Both the position numbers and the translations under genes were made by a program. Shown here piece after piece: positions 25,537 to 39,549 of a stretch of DNA of 64,000 nucleotides. Within the stretch, counting starts at the first letter, position 1, and each line of letters opens with the position of its first letter. Source of the DNA: Heptranchias perlo (lineage: Eukaryota); contig NW_027138407.1 of NCBI RefSeq assembly GCF_035084215.1, forward strand, positions 1,612,001-1,676,000, read 5' to 3'. The notes under the pieces were generated by a model. That model had not been told where the DNA came from. It was given only the letters and a program-made list of their open reading frames with translations, and ran no database searches.

Positions 25537-26526
25537 ATGGCCACTTTTGTGGGCTGGAATGCAACAGTCACCGAATCCTGGTTGGAGATCAATTCAACCA
25601 TTCAGGCTGGAAATGTAACTCTTGGGCCCTCGATGGAAAGCACTTTTGAAGCCAGTTTCATGAGGCAATTGTTCTTCCTTCCCATTATCAATAGCCCGAT
25701 CCTTCTGTCCGGCATTATTGGGAACTCAATTGCACTGTGGCACATCGTACGATTGAAGAAGGTCTCATCACCAACTGATGTCCTCCTGCTTGACTTGATC
25801 ATCATTGACCTCTTCGTCATCCTGTCTTCTACAATTGAAATTGTGCAATACACCCTACAATATCGCTCAGTGAAGTTTCTCGGTGATCTCTGTTTTATCC
25901 TGAGTATAATCAACCTTTACGGCATCCCACCCTTCATGACCTGCATTGCCATTGACCAATACATCGCGGTTGTCCACCCCATCAGGTCTCATTCCTGGAG
26001 AAGGCCTCGATACTATGTTGGCCTTTCCATCGCAACTTGGCTCATCGTGTTTTCCCTGAGTCTGGGGCATTTTTTCTTCACAAAAGGCACGTTAAAGGGC
26101 CCACTTTCATGCAAGGCTTTGGTTTCACTCTGGTCAGGTAGCCCAGTGCTTCACCTCTGCTCCGAAGTGGTCACATTTTTCGTCCCAATCGTGATCCTGT
26201 TGGCCTGCTATGCCCTGACAGCGAAGAAGATGATCGAAGTGGGAGCTGGGAAGGAATCCATGGAGCTGATGAAGAAGAAAGTGCTGAAGACCATTTGGGC
26301 AATCTTGGCTCTCCTCCTTTTCTGCTTTGCCCCATTTCACATCATTGAACTTTCTTTCGTGCTGAAGAACCTGTTGAGTCCCGAGTACAAAATCTCAATG
26401 TGGTATGTTTGTAATATTCGGCTGTATACCTGGACCCTCACTTTCCTCAGCATTATCCTCAACCCCCTGCTCTACATCTTCAGGTCCCAGAACTTTCAGT
26501 GGAGGCCATGTAGCTGCTGTGTGTAA
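25537..26526 (+). CDS. Class A orphan GPCR, copy 2, 329 aa
   Basis: Intact ORF; differs from copy 1 at D8N, C105Y, S110R, V177G, D188G, R202S. Confidence 0.95.
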   Translation: MATFVGWNATVTESWLEINSTIQAGNVTLGPSMESTFEASFMRQLFFLPIINSPILLSGIIGNSIALWHIVRLKKVSSPTDVLLLDLIIIDLFVILSSTIEIVQYTLQYRSVKFLGDLCFILSIINLYGIPPFMTCIAIDQYIAVVHPIRSHSWRRPRYYVGLSIATWLIVFSLSLGHFFFTKGTLKGPLSCKALVSLWSGSPVLHLCSEVVTFFVPIVILLACYALTAKKMIEVGAGKESMELMKKKVLKTIWAILALLLFCFAPFHIIELSFVLKNLLSPEYKISMWYVCNIRLYTWTLTFLSIILNPLLYIFRSQNFQWRPCSCCV

Positions 26527-26764
26527 CACGCCACTGGCCCAGTGACCACCCCACTCCCCCCATCTCAATCCCACATTGACAAGAATCTCAATTAGAAAGC
26601 AGAGTCTCACTTACCATTTCCCACCACTGAATTGCAAAGTGGGTATGATGAAGAAAAGTCCACCAGCGGCACAAGTGATTGGAAATGGAGGTCACATAAT
26701 GGAAGACTCTGTAAATCAAACATGGTGAACTCAGGTTGGCTACATCAACTCTCAACCATCATGT

Positions 26765-27918
26765 GTATCTGTCTATCTATCTATCTATCTGTCGATCTAT
26801 CTGTCTATCCATCGCTTCATCCATCTTTCGCTCTCTCTATCTGTCTATCTATCTATCTATCTATCTAACAATCTATCTAACTATTTATCTCACTATCCAT
26901 CCCTCTATCGAGCTATCTCTCTATCTATCACTCCATCTATCTTTCTCTCTATTTATCCCTCTATCTAGCTATCTCTCTATCTATCACTCTACCTTGCTAT
27001 CTCTCTATCGATCACTCTTTCTATCTCTCTCTATCTATCCCTCTATCTAGATAGCTCTCTATCTATCACTCTACCTAGCTATCTCTCTATCCATCACTCT
27101 TTCTATCTCTCTCTTTCTATCCCTCTATCTAGCTATCTCTCTGTCTATCCCTCTATCTATCTATCTATCTATCTATCCCTCTATCTAGCAATCTCGCTAT
27201 CTGTCTCTCTGTCTTTCTATCTATTTCNNNNNNNNNNNNNNNNNNNNNNNNNNNNNNNNNNNNNNNNNNNNNNNNNNNNNNNNNNNNNNNNNNNNNNNNN
27301 NNNNNNNNNNNNNNNNNNNNNNNNNNNNNNNNNNNNNNNNNNNNNNNNNNNNNNNNNNNNNNNNNNNNNNNNNNNNNNNNNNNNNNNNNNNNNNNNNNNN
27401 NNNNNNNNNNNNNNNNNNNNNNNNNNNNNNNNNNNNNNNNNNNNNNGTCTAACAATATATCTCTTTATCTATCTATCTATTTCTCTATCTCTCTATCTAT
27501 CTATCTATCTCTCTAACTGTCGATCTGTCTATCTCTTTAGCTATCTATCTTTTCTCTCTAGCTATCTATCTATCTATAAGTCTAATTATCTATCTATCTA
27601 TATCTTTCATCCATCATTCTCTGTCTTTCTATCTATCTACCTCTATCTATCTATCTATGTATCTATTTGTCTCTCTCTATCTATCTACCTTTCTTCCCAT
27701 CTATTTCTATCTATCTCTCTTTCTATCTATTATCGATCTATCTATCTATTATCTATCTGTCTATCTTTCTACCCGTCTATCTATCTTTCGATCATTCTCT
27801 CTATCATCTATCTCTCTATCTATCTATCTATCCATCTATCCATCTTGCTATCTATCATCTATCTCTCTCCATCTATCCATCTATCTATCTTCCTATCTAT
27901 CGTCTATCTATTTATTTC

Positions 27919-27970
<52 letters not shown>

Positions 27971-28240
27971 ACTATCTTTCTATGTCATGTATCTATCTCT
28001 CTTGCTCTCTATCAGTTCACCGATCAGTCTCTCTATCTATCTGTCATTCCATCTATCTATCTGTCTAACTCTATATCTATCTCTCTATTGATCTCTATCT
28101 ATCTGTCTATCTGTCTGTCTCCCTGTCTATCTGTCTGTCCATCTCTTTTTCTCTATCTCTTTCTTGTCTCTCGATGTAGCTCTCTATTTATCTCTCTAGC
28201 TCTCCACCTATCTCTCCATCTATCTCTCTCTCACTATCGA
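26765..28240 (+). repeat. Degenerate (TCTA)n tract with an N gap
   Basis: tctatcta repeats; Ns at 27228-27446. Confidence 0.92.
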
Positions 28241-28798
28241 TCATGCCTTTCCTGTTTTACAAACCTCACCTCCTGCTGTCACCAATTTTGTTCACACTTT
28301 TCTCTTTGCATTTCCCAGTCTAAATTGAAAGGGCAATACTTCCCATTCAATGAACCCAACTCTGTCGCCATCTTGTGTATATATGTCAAAAACTTAGATT
28401 CGTCAACTGACCGTGGGTGACACGCAGAACAATTTACCAATTAATATAAAAAGGCAGGAGGAACCCTCGGAGCACATTGACTACATGGCTGGTGACATGG
28501 GTTAAATTTCCTGAGACTCCAACCCACCATTGGAGCTTCCCATGCAGTTGGCAGAGGGAACATCTAATATGAGACTCAATTATTTACAGATGTTACACGA
28601 GAAGACCCTAAAATTTAGAGCATTAGGGTGGATGGGGGGTGCAGAAGGAAGACTGAAGTCTTGCAGGGAGGGGAATGGTTGGGATTTGGCGTGGGGACTT
28701 GATTTTTGCAAAGTTTCCTCCCGTTTTCCTAAATTGTGAAATTTTGACTGGGTGGAGCGGGTACTTGTGTTCACTCCCTTGCATCATGCTGTGGCAGC

Positions 28799-29140
28799 GG
28801 GATTAGTTTGGGATTGATACAGGGCTATGGGGAGAGAGCGGGGCAGTGGGATTAGTTTGGCATTGATACAGGGCTATGGGGAGAGAGCGGGGCAGTGGGA
28901 TTAGTTTGGCATTGATACAGGGCTATGGGGAGGGAGTGGGGCAGTGGGATTAGTTTGGGATTGATACAGGGCTATGGGGAGAGAGTGGGGCAGTGGGATT
29001 AGTTTGGGATTGATACAGGGCTATGGGGAGAGAGCGGGGCAGTGGGATTAGTTTGGGATTGATACAGGGCTATGGGGAGAGAATGGGGCAGTGGGATTAG
29101 TTTGGGGATTCATCCAGTGCTATGGGGAGAGAATGGGGCA
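28799..29140 (+). repeat. 49-50 bp minisatellite (~7 units)
   Basis: Same unit as 290-730. Confidence 0.95.
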
Positions 29141-29884
29141 GGTTCACACTAGCGACAACACAGCAACCAGCAGTTCGGAGGTTTATGCTTTGGTTTGTGT
29201 CAGTTAACTTCTACTTGCTGCAGATTCTCTTTCTTTACACTCAGCTATGTTCAGAATTAACAATTAATGAATTAATTGCTTCTTCAAGGAGAAACTCAAA
29301 AAAATACCTGTCACTGTACCCCCACTTATTCGTGACAAGTTAGTAATTGGCCAATTTCTTTCTTAATGGCCGCAGGAGAAATCCAATTCCCATTGTTACA
29401 ATACTCATAATTTCTGGGATCCAATCACCAACTTGTCCTTTTGGGTTTTGGGTGGGGGAATGGAATGGGGAGAACTATGGAAAGATAGATCAGCATATTA
29501 TTGATGGGCATGACAGGTGGAAAGGGTACATAAGAACATCAGGACATAAGAAATGATAGCAGGAGTAGGCCATACGGCCCCTCGGGCCTGCTCCACCATT
29601 CAATCAGATCATGGCTGATCTTCCACCTCAACTCCACTTTCCCACCCGGTCCCCATATCCCTTGATTCCCCTCGAGTCTAAAAATCCTAATTGCTTGCTG
29701 TACCAGCATGCTAACCTTTTCTGTCTCTTATGCGCGGTCACCCAAATCTCTCTGAACACCAACAATTAATCATATTCTGTTTTTCTGTTCTTCCTACCAA
29801 AGTAAATAACCTCACATTTCCCCACATTATACTCCATCTGCCACCTTCTTGCCCTCTGACTTAACATGTCTAGTGGGAGAGTAA

Positions 29885-30555
29885 TGGGGGTCACCATTGA
29901 CCAGAAACTTAACTGGACCAGCCACATAAATATCGTGGCTACAAGAGCAGGTCAGAGGCTGGGTATTCTGCAGCGAGTGACTCACCTCTTGAATCCCCAA
30001 AGCCTTTCCACCATCTACAAGGCACAAGTCAGGAGTGTGATGGAATACTCTCCACTTGCCTGGATGAGTGCAGCTCCAACAACACTCAAGAAGCTCGACA
30101 CCATCCAGGACAAAGCAGCCCGCTTGATTGGCACCCCATCCACCACCTTAAACATTCACTCCCTTCACCATCGGCGCACCGTGGCTGCAGTGTGTACCAT
30201 CCACAGGATGCACTGCAGCAACTCGCCAAGGCTTCTTCGACAGCACCTCTCAAACCTGCAACCTCTACCACCTAGAAGGACAAGGGCAGCAGGAACATGG
30301 GAACAACACCACCTGCACGTTCCCCTCCAAGTCACACACCATCCCGACTTGGAAATATATCGGCCGTTCCTTCATCGTCGCTGGGTCAAAATCCTGGAAC
30401 TCCCTACCGAACAGCACTGTGGGAGAACCTTCACCACATGGACTGCAGCGGTTCAAGAAGGCGGCTCACCACCACCTTCTCAAGGGCAATGAGGGATGAG
30501 CAATAAATGCTGGCCTCGCCAGCGACACCCACATCCCATGAACTAATAAAAAAAA
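29885..30555 (+). mobile_element. 5'-truncated LINE family A (duplicate of 1492-2162)
   Basis: ORF 29866-30492, RT C-terminus. Confidence 0.93.
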
Positions 30556-33125
30556 CAAGGCTCGAGTGAACAGACGTGGTAAAAACTGGAAGAACTGAAA
30601 TGTAGGACTTCAAAGAACGTACAAGTGCCTCACGGCAGCAGTCCAACATTGTCGAGTTTGATGACTATATAATATGCCACTTGCTTCATTTCTGGCTTAG
30701 CCTTTACAAATTCAATGTTAATTCTGATGACCAAAACGACAATTAATGTAAAATCAAAAGAAATGGTGGAGGGTCAGAATAAATGTAACTTACGATGATT
30801 GTAACATATCATATACAGGGTAAGGGACAACTGCGGTGTATTGTGAGATTGGGTGATGGGGAAACATTGAGATGAGGTCAAAAACCAGCTGAGTTTTTCA
30901 ACCGGGACCACCCGGGTTTTCTACCTTGGAATGTACTCACAGTGCGTCGTCCGGTATAATACATGAAACAGAGCTTGTTGGGGCCACGTGGCTCTGTCGA
31001 CATGAATAGACTACTAGTGGTCACTGGGATACATGTTACTGTTGGGTGTGTGGGCTATTATTGCTTTGATATATCACCAGCCAACTTATCCTGGTGTTGC
31101 ACATAGAGAGCCAAGACCATGTGTGGTCTGCAGGTGGAGTGGGATTGGGGGGAATGGGATGGAGAGGGGTTGGAGAATTGGAACAGGGGCATGCAGAAAT
31201 AATTGAGTGGCCATATTAACGACATTCAAACCTTTGGTTTCATATTATTATTTATTTCCAAATCGCAAATGTTGGACTATTTTGGGAAGCAGAGAGGTTG
31301 AGTTGTTTGGAACAGAGGAAATTCTCTGCAGTACATGCGGAGTTGCCAAGAGATGCAAAATTGAGGCGCTGCAGCGCCACCACTGGTGAGAGGGTGTAAT
31401 TACAGCGTGACACGTTTACATAGGCACTCACAATAATATATGTAGAGATAGGAATTTATAATGGGAGAAGTTGACACAAAGTGCGCAAGGATGTCAGATT
31501 TTTAAGATATTATGGATAGACATTTTGTGGATTTGCTGCTTTTTATTGGGGAAACCTCGCTGAGGGTCAAAGGGGAAACATGCAATACACCACTGGAGTA
31601 ATGTGACCACTTCTCACAACTGGAGTATTGTGTCCAATTCTGGGCACCGCACTTTAGGAAAGATGAGAAGGCCTTAGAGAGGGTGCAGGAAAGTTTTACT
31701 AGAATGATTCCAGGGATGAGGGTCTTTAGTTACGTGGATAGACTGGTGAAGCTGGGATTGTCCTCCTTGGAATAGAGAAGGTTGAGAGGAGATTTGATCG
31801 AGTTATTTAAAATCATGAAGGGTCTAGACAGAATAGATAGAGAGAAACTGTTCCCATTGGCGGAAGGGTCCAGAACCAGAGGACATGGATTTAAGGTGAT
31901 TGGCAAAAAACCAAAGGCGTCATGAGGAAAAACTTTTTTACGCAGCGAGTGGTTAGGATCTGGAATGCGATCCCTGAGGTGGTGATGGAGTCAGACTCAA
32001 TCATGGCTTTCAAAAGGGAACTGGATAAGCACTTTAAATGGGAAAATGCTGGGCTATGGGGATAGTGCGGGGTAGTGGGACTAGCTGGATTGTCTTTGCA
32101 TAGAGCCAGCACGGATTCGATGGGCCAAACGGCCTCCTTCCGTGCTGAAACTTTTCTATGATTCTACCAATTAGGTTGAAAAAGGATGAGGACCAGGTAA
32201 CTCAACAATAGTTAGTTAAATGCTATCAAGTTGACTTTTAAAACACCAAAACTAAGACAGACTGACAATAGACAACAGATGAAAAAGTGCCAAGAAAGCA
32301 AGAGGCATAAAAATGAACTTTGGAGCCTAGAATTGAGAGAATTACATATTAAACAATCTTTCTCGTGTATCCCGTGCCTGGCTGTGAGGGAGGAGCTGGG
32401 AGACCGTCCCCAGATATGGGTGAAGTATTCGGCTCTTGAAGGGGTGCGGACTTTAGAGAGAGTTAACAATTGCAATGCTCCCTCGAGTCTGGCAACATGT
32501 TAGGAGACATCATAGCGTGGCCCTTCCGAATACTGGGCTAGAGTGGTTAGTGGATCAAATAACTTATTGTCAAAGACAGAATGACTCGAGACTGTTATCA
32601 GGGTTTCACCTCAAGGAAATATTGTTCAGATTGAAATGGGACATCTCGTTACCTTCTCTGTATTTTTCACTGTTCCTTTGAAGATCCAGCGACAAGAAGT
32701 TCAAAGTTTAGCATTGTGAGTGAATAAAGGTTGTGTCATTTCACCAAACCAATGGCGTCTTTCTTTTTCACATCAAGACTCATTCCAGATAACAATAGAG
32801 TACTGGGTGGTGGAGTGAGTTTTACTCTGGTCTTTCTCCTCTCAGTCCTGTATAAGGATGAATGGATACCGAGATAGCTACAACGGTAGAGAGAGAGAGA
32901 GAGGGATCGACAGGTAAAATAAATAGAGAAACTCAGATGCGGAGATGTAAAGCTGGAGAGATAGATATATATAAATGGATGTATAGATAGGTAGAGAAAT
33001 GTATGCGTCAGTATTGATAGAAAGATAAATAGATAATAAGATATGTAGGTAAATGGAAAGATAGATAGAGATAGACAGATAGGTGTACAAAAATAGATAG
33101 AGAGATCGGGAGTTACATCGCTTTG

Positions 33126-33157
<32 letters not shown>

Positions 33158-33647
33158 GGTTGGATGGACAGATAGATGGATGAATAGGCAGATAGATAGA
33201 TCAATCGATAGATATATAGATAGATTGATAGAGATAAGGACATAAATAGGCAGACAGAAAAAGCTATGTATAAATAGTTGGACAGAGGTTGATACAATAA
33301 ACATATAGATAGATAGATAGTTAGACAGGCAAATCTAATGTTCAATCCCAAAAGGCAATAACAAGAAAGGAGACAGAAGGACAATGAGTGACTTTGGATA
33401 GAAACCTATCTCTGTTTGCAGTTCGTGCTGAGAATGTGGAAAAGGCTCAGTGTCACATTCAGGGTATGGAAATCTCAGTGTGTACTGACACCTGATCTAC
33501 TGCAGGGTGGGACTGGGGACCAGGGTCTGTAATAGTATAATGGCGGTGGGGGGGGGGGAACAGGGGATGGAAATCTCAGTGATTACTGATCGATGGAAAG
33601 TTGTCAGGCTGTGATGACGTAGTGGGACGCACTGCCCACCCAATCCG

Positions 33648-34532
33648 CCATCAGAGAGGGGAGACCTTAACCCCGCCTTCTGGGGCTGGATCTGACCCCA
33701 GGTCCCAGAACAGGAGAGGCCAGTGTCTGACCCGCATCCGCACCCAGACCCCTATCAGAGAGGGGAGACCTTCACCCCTCTGCCTGGAGCTGGATTTGAC
33801 CCCAGGTCCCAGAGGGTGAAAGGCCAGTGTCTGACCCACATATCCACCCAGACCCCCATCAGAGAGGGGAGACCTTCACCCCTCTGCCTGGAGCTGGATT
33901 TGACCCCAGGTCCCAGAGGGTGAAAGGCCAGTGTCTGACCCACATCTCCACCCAGACCCCATCAGAGAGGGGAGACCTTCACCCCTCTGTCTGGGGCTGG
34001 ATTTGACCCCAGGTCCCAGAGGGTGAAAGGCCAGTGTCTGACCCACATCTCCACCCAGACCCCATCAGAGAGGGGAGACCTTCACCCCTCTGTCTGGGGC
34101 TGGATTTGACCCCAGGTCCCAGAGGGAGAAAGGCCAGTGTCTGACCCACATCTCCACCCAGACCCCATCAGAGAGGGGAGACCTTCACCCCTCTGTCTGG
34201 GGCTGGATTTGACCCCAGGTCCCAGAGGGTGAAAGGCCAGTGTCTGACCCACATCTCCACCCAGTCCTCCATCAGAGAGGGGAGACCTTCACCCCTCTGT
34301 CTGGGGCTGGATTTGACCCCAGGTCCCAGAGGGAGAAAGGCCAGTGTCTGACCCACATCTCCACCCAGTCCTCCATCAGAGAGGGGAGACCTTCACCCCT
34401 CTGTCTGGGGCTGGATTTGACCCCAGGTCCCAGAGGGAGAAAGGCCAGTGTCTGACCCACATCTCCACCCAGTCCTCCATCAGAGAGGGGAGACCTTCAC
34501 CCCTCTGTCTGGGGCTGGATTTGACCCCAGGT
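33648..34532 (-). repeat. 104-bp tandem repeat (~8.5 units)
   Basis: Same unit as 5249-6552. Confidence 0.9.
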
Positions 34533-35138
34533 CTCCAGAGGTGAATGGACAATATACCACCCATCCCAACAATGCTGGAATTACATTGAGATTCCCATCA
34601 GGAGTCCCATCGAATCGGGGTGGAGGGAGGAGCCTGAGCAGCCCATGTCACGGAGGAGCAGAGCAATTACACCAACTGCAGCTCAGCATCTATGAAAGGT
34701 CGCTGATCCGAGCAGCTGCTTCTACCAGTTGGAAGGTGGGTGAAGGACTCCCTGAAACTTCTCCCTTCTCGCTTCTTCTTCTACTCGAGCCGACTCTCCA
34801 CAATTAAACCGGGCTCTTCCCGAGAGTCCACACCGACAGTCCCAGACTCCGGCACGGTCTACGGGAAAAGATCCAATCGCTTGATTCCAAAACACCGAGA
34901 CTGAGAGGGAGAGAGACAGGTGAGTGGATCTTTGAGAAGTTGAAGAGGCAGGGCCGGTTTGGATGGAGGTAATGTCACTGTTAGTGATAGAGAACGGGGA
35001 TGGGTGAGTAGAGAGTGGGGAGAGAGGAATAGAGAGTGGGGAGAGGTGCGTAGAGAGTGGGGATGGGTGCAGAGAGTGGGGTTAGATGAGTAGAGATTGA
35101 GGATGGTGAGCTGCTTTGGAACTGAGGGCCGTTGAGGG

Positions 35139-36110
35139 GGGACTGAGAGACATCAGTCAGTGTCCAGATATCTTCCTGAGAGACAGGGACTGAGAGACAA
35201 CAGTCAGTGTACAGGTATCTCCCTGAGGGAGAGGGACTGAGATGCACCAGTCAGTGTACAGATATCACCCTGAGAGAGAGGGACTGAGAGACACCAGTCA
35301 GTGTACAGGTATCTCCCTGAGGGAGAGGGACTGAGAGACACCAGTCAGTGTACAGATATCTCCCTGAGAGAGAGGGACTGAGGGACACCAGTCATTGTAC
35401 AGATATCTCACTGAGAGAGAGGGACTGAGAGACACCAGTCAGGGTACAGATATCACCCTGAGGGAGAGGGACTGAGAGACACCAGTCAGTGTACAGATAT
35501 CTCCCTGAGGGAGAGGGACTGAGAGACACCAGTCAGTGTACAGATATCAACCTGAGAGAGAGGGACTGAGAGACACCAGTCAGTGTACAGATATCAACCT
35601 GAGAGAGAGGGACTGAGAGACACCAGTCAGTGTACAGATATCACCCTGAGAGAGAGGGACTGAGAGACACCAGTCAATGTACAGATATCACCCTGAGAGA
35701 GAGGGACTGAGAGACACCAGTCAGTGTACAGATATCACCCTGAGGGAGAGGGAAATGAGAAACACCAGTCATTGTACAGATATCACCCTGAGAGAGAGGG
35801 ACTGAGAGTCACCAGTCATTGTACAGATATCACCCTGAGAGAGAGGGACTGAGAGTCACCAGTCAGTGTACAGATATCACCCTGAGGGAGAGGGACTGAG
35901 AGTCACCAGTCAGTGTACAGATATCTCCCTGAGAGAGAGGGACTGAGAGTCACCAGTCAGTGTACAGATATCACCCTGAGAGAGAGGGACTGAGAGACAC
36001 CAGTCAGTGTACAGATATCACCCTGAGAGAGAGGGACTGAGAGTCACCAGTCAGTGTACAGATATCACCCTGAGAGAGACGGACTGTGAGATACCAGTCA
36101 TTGAACAGAT
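35139..36110 (+). repeat. 47-bp minisatellite (~20-21 units)
   Basis: Same unit as 7159-8036. Confidence 0.95.
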
Positions 36111-36115
36111 AGTTC

Positions 36116-39100
36116 TTTAGGGAAGGAAACCTGCCGTCCTTACCCGGTCTGGCCTTTTTGTGACTCCAGACCCACAGCAATGTGGTTGATTCTTATTTGC
36201 CCTCTGAAATGGCCTAGCAAGCCAATCAGTTGTAAAATCTCGCTACGAAAAGTCATAATAAGAATAAAACCGGGCGGACCACCCGGCATCGGACCACTAG
36301 GCACAAGACATGACAACGGCAAACCACGCCCAGTCGACCCTGCAAGGTCCTCCTTACTAACATCTGGGGACTTGTGCCAAAATTGGGAGAGCTGTCCCAC
36401 AGACTAGTCAAGCAACAGCCTGACATAGCCATACTCACAGAATCATATCTTTCAGCCAACATCCCAGACTCTTTCATCACCATCCCTGGGTATGTCCTGT
36501 CCCACTGGCAGGACAGACCCACCAGAGGTGGCGGTACAGTGATATACAGTCAGGAGGGAGTAGTCCTGGGAGTCCTCAACATTGACGCTGGACCCCATGA
36601 AATCTCATGGCATCAGGTAAAACATGGGCAAGGAAACCTCCTGCTGATTACCACCTACCGTCCTCCCTCAGCTGATGAATCAGTCCTCCTCAATGTTGAG
36701 CACCACTTGGAGGAAGAACTGAGGGTAGCAAGGGCACAAAATGTACTCTGGGTGGGGGACTTCAATGTCCATCACCAAGAGTGGCTCAGTAGCACCACTA
36801 CTGACCGAGCTGGCCGAGTCCTGAAGGACATAGCTGCTAGACTGGGCCTGCGGCAGGTGGTGAGCGAACCAACACGAGGGAAAAACCTACTTGACCTCGT
36901 CATCACCAATCTACCTGTCGCAAATGCATCTGTCCATGACAGTATTGGTAGGAGTGACCACCACACAGTCCTCATGGAGATGAAGTCCGTCTTCGCACTG
37001 AGGACACCATCCAACGTGTTGTGTGGCACTACCACCATGCTAAATGGGATAGATTCAGAACAGATCTAGCAGCTCAAAATTGGGCATCCATGAGGCGCTG
37101 TGTGCCATCAGCAGCAGCAGAATTGTATTCCACCACAATCTGTAACCTCATGGCCCGGCATATTCCTCACTCTACCATGACCAACAAGCTAGGAGATCAA
37201 CCCTGGTTCAATGAGGAGTGTAGAAGAGCATGCCAGGAGCAGCACCAGGTGTACCTAAAAATGAGGTACCAACCTGGTGAAGCTACAACTCAGGACTACA
37301 TGCATGCTAAACAGCAGAAGCAACATGCTATAGACAGAGCTAAGCGATTCCACAACCAACGGATCAGATCAAAGCTCTGCAGCCATGCCACATCCAGTCG
37401 TGAATGGTGGTGGACAATTAAACAACTAACAGGAGGAGGAGGCTCTGCAAACATCCCCATCCTCAATGATGGTGGAGTCCAGCACGTGAGTGCAAAAGAC
37501 AAGGCTGAAGCGTTTGCAACGATCTTCAGCCAGAAATGCCGAGTGGATGATCCATCTCGGCCTCCTCCCGATATCCCCACCGTCACGGAAGCCAGTCTTC
37601 GGCCAATTCGATTCCCTCTACGTGATATCAACAAACGGCTGAGTGCACTGGATACTGCAAAGGCTATGGGCCCCGACAACATCCCAGCTGTAGTGCTGAA
37701 GACTTGTGCTCCAGAACTAGCTGCGCCTCTAGCCAAGCTGTTCCAGTACAGCTACAACACTGGCATCTACCCGACAATGTGGAAAATTGCCCAGGTATGT
37801 CCTGTCCACAAAAAGCAGGACAAATCCAATCCGGCCAATTACCGCCCCATCAGTCTACTCTCAATCATGAGCAAAGTGATGGAAGGTGTCATCAACAGTG
37901 CTATCAAGCGGCACTTACTCACCAATAACCTGCTCACCGATGCTCAGTTTGGGTTCCGCGAGGACCACTCGGCTCCAGATCTCATTACAGCCTTGGTCCA
38001 AACATGGACAAAAGAGCTGAATTCCAGAGGTGAGGTGAGAGTGACTGCCCTTGACATCAAGGCAGCATTTGACCGAGTGTGGCACCAAGGAGCCCTTGTA
38101 AAATTGAAGTCAACGGGAATCAGGGGGAAAACTCTCCAGTGGCTGGAGTCATACCTAGCACAAAGGAAGATGGTAGTGGTTGTTGGAGGCCAATCATCTC
38201 AGCCCCAGGACATTGCTGCAGGAGTTCCTCAAGGCAGTGTCCTAGGCCCAACCATCTTCAGCTGCTTCATCAATGACCTTCCCTCCAACATCAGGTCAGA
38301 AATGGCGATGTTCGCTGATGATTGCACAGTGTTCAGTTCCATTCGCAACCCCTCAAATAATGAAGCAGTCCGAGCCCACATGCAGCAAGACCTGGACAAC
38401 ATCCAGGCTTGGGCTCATAAGTGGCAATTAACATTCGCGCCAGATAAGTGCCAGGCAATGACCATCTCCAACAAGAGAGAGTCTAACCACCTCCCCTTGA
38501 CATTCAACGGCATTACCATCGCCGAATCCCTCAGCATCAACATCCTGGGGGTTACCATTGACCAGAAACTTAACTGGACCAGCCATATAAATACTGTGGC
38601 GACAAGGGCAGGTCGGAGGCTGGGTATTCTGTGGCGAGTGACTCACCTCCTGACTCCCCAAAGCCTTTCCACCATCTACAAGGCACAAGTCAGGAGTGTG
38701 ATGGAATACTCTCCACTTGCTTGGATGAGTGCAGCTCCAACAACACTCAAGAAGCTCGATACCATCCAAGATAAAGCAGCCCGCTTGATTGGCACCCAAT
38801 CCACCACCCTAAACATTCACTCCCTTCACCACCGGCGCACTGTGACTGCAGTGTGTACCATCCACAGGATGCACTGCAGCAACTCGCCAAGGCTTCTTCG
38901 ACAGCACCTCCCAAACCCGCGACCTCTACCACCTAGAAGGACAAGAGCAGCAGGCACATGGGAACAACACCACCTGCACGTTCCCCTCCAAGTCACAAAC
39001 CATCCCGACTTGGAAATATATCGGCCGTTCCTTCATTGTCGCTGGGTCAAAATCCTGGAACTCCCTTCCTAACAGCACTGTGGGAAAACCTTCACCACAC

Positions 39101-39215
39101 GGACTGCAGCGGCTCAAGAAGGCGGCTCACCACCACCTTCTCAAGGGGCGACTAGGGATGGGCAATAAATGCTGGCCTCGCCAGCGACGCCCACATCCCG
39201 TGAACGAATAAAGAA
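36116..39215 (+). mobile_element. LINE family A, copy 3 (EN + RT, frameshifted)
   Basis: ORFs 36374-37069 (EN) and 37021-39072 (RT). Confidence 0.95.
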
Positions 39216-39549
39216 AGTTCACTTTCTAATATTTTGGATCACATTGTTTTGAATATTTAATAACTGTATTGATATCTGTCCATTTACAGGCTTCAGAGTC
39301 CTACGTGATCTCTGCAATTCTGCATCCTGGCACCGCAGCAATCTCTTGGGCCCATTGGTTTCCACAGGTTTCAGAGAAGAAGCTCACCCTGTCTGAACCC
39401 ATGAGATAGGATTAACGTGTTGGAGAGCCAACTGAGACCTTCAAAAACCAATAATCTGACAGGGCGGTCTCAACTGTTGTTGAACAATATCGGATCTCAT
39501 TCCCCGACATTGTTCATCCGTTGCTCTGTATTGTTTGGCATAACACCAA

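Larger units (their letters stand above)
14241..28508 (+). repeat. Segmental tandem duplication unit, copy 2
   Basis: Collinear and near-identical to 1-14240. Confidence 0.97.
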
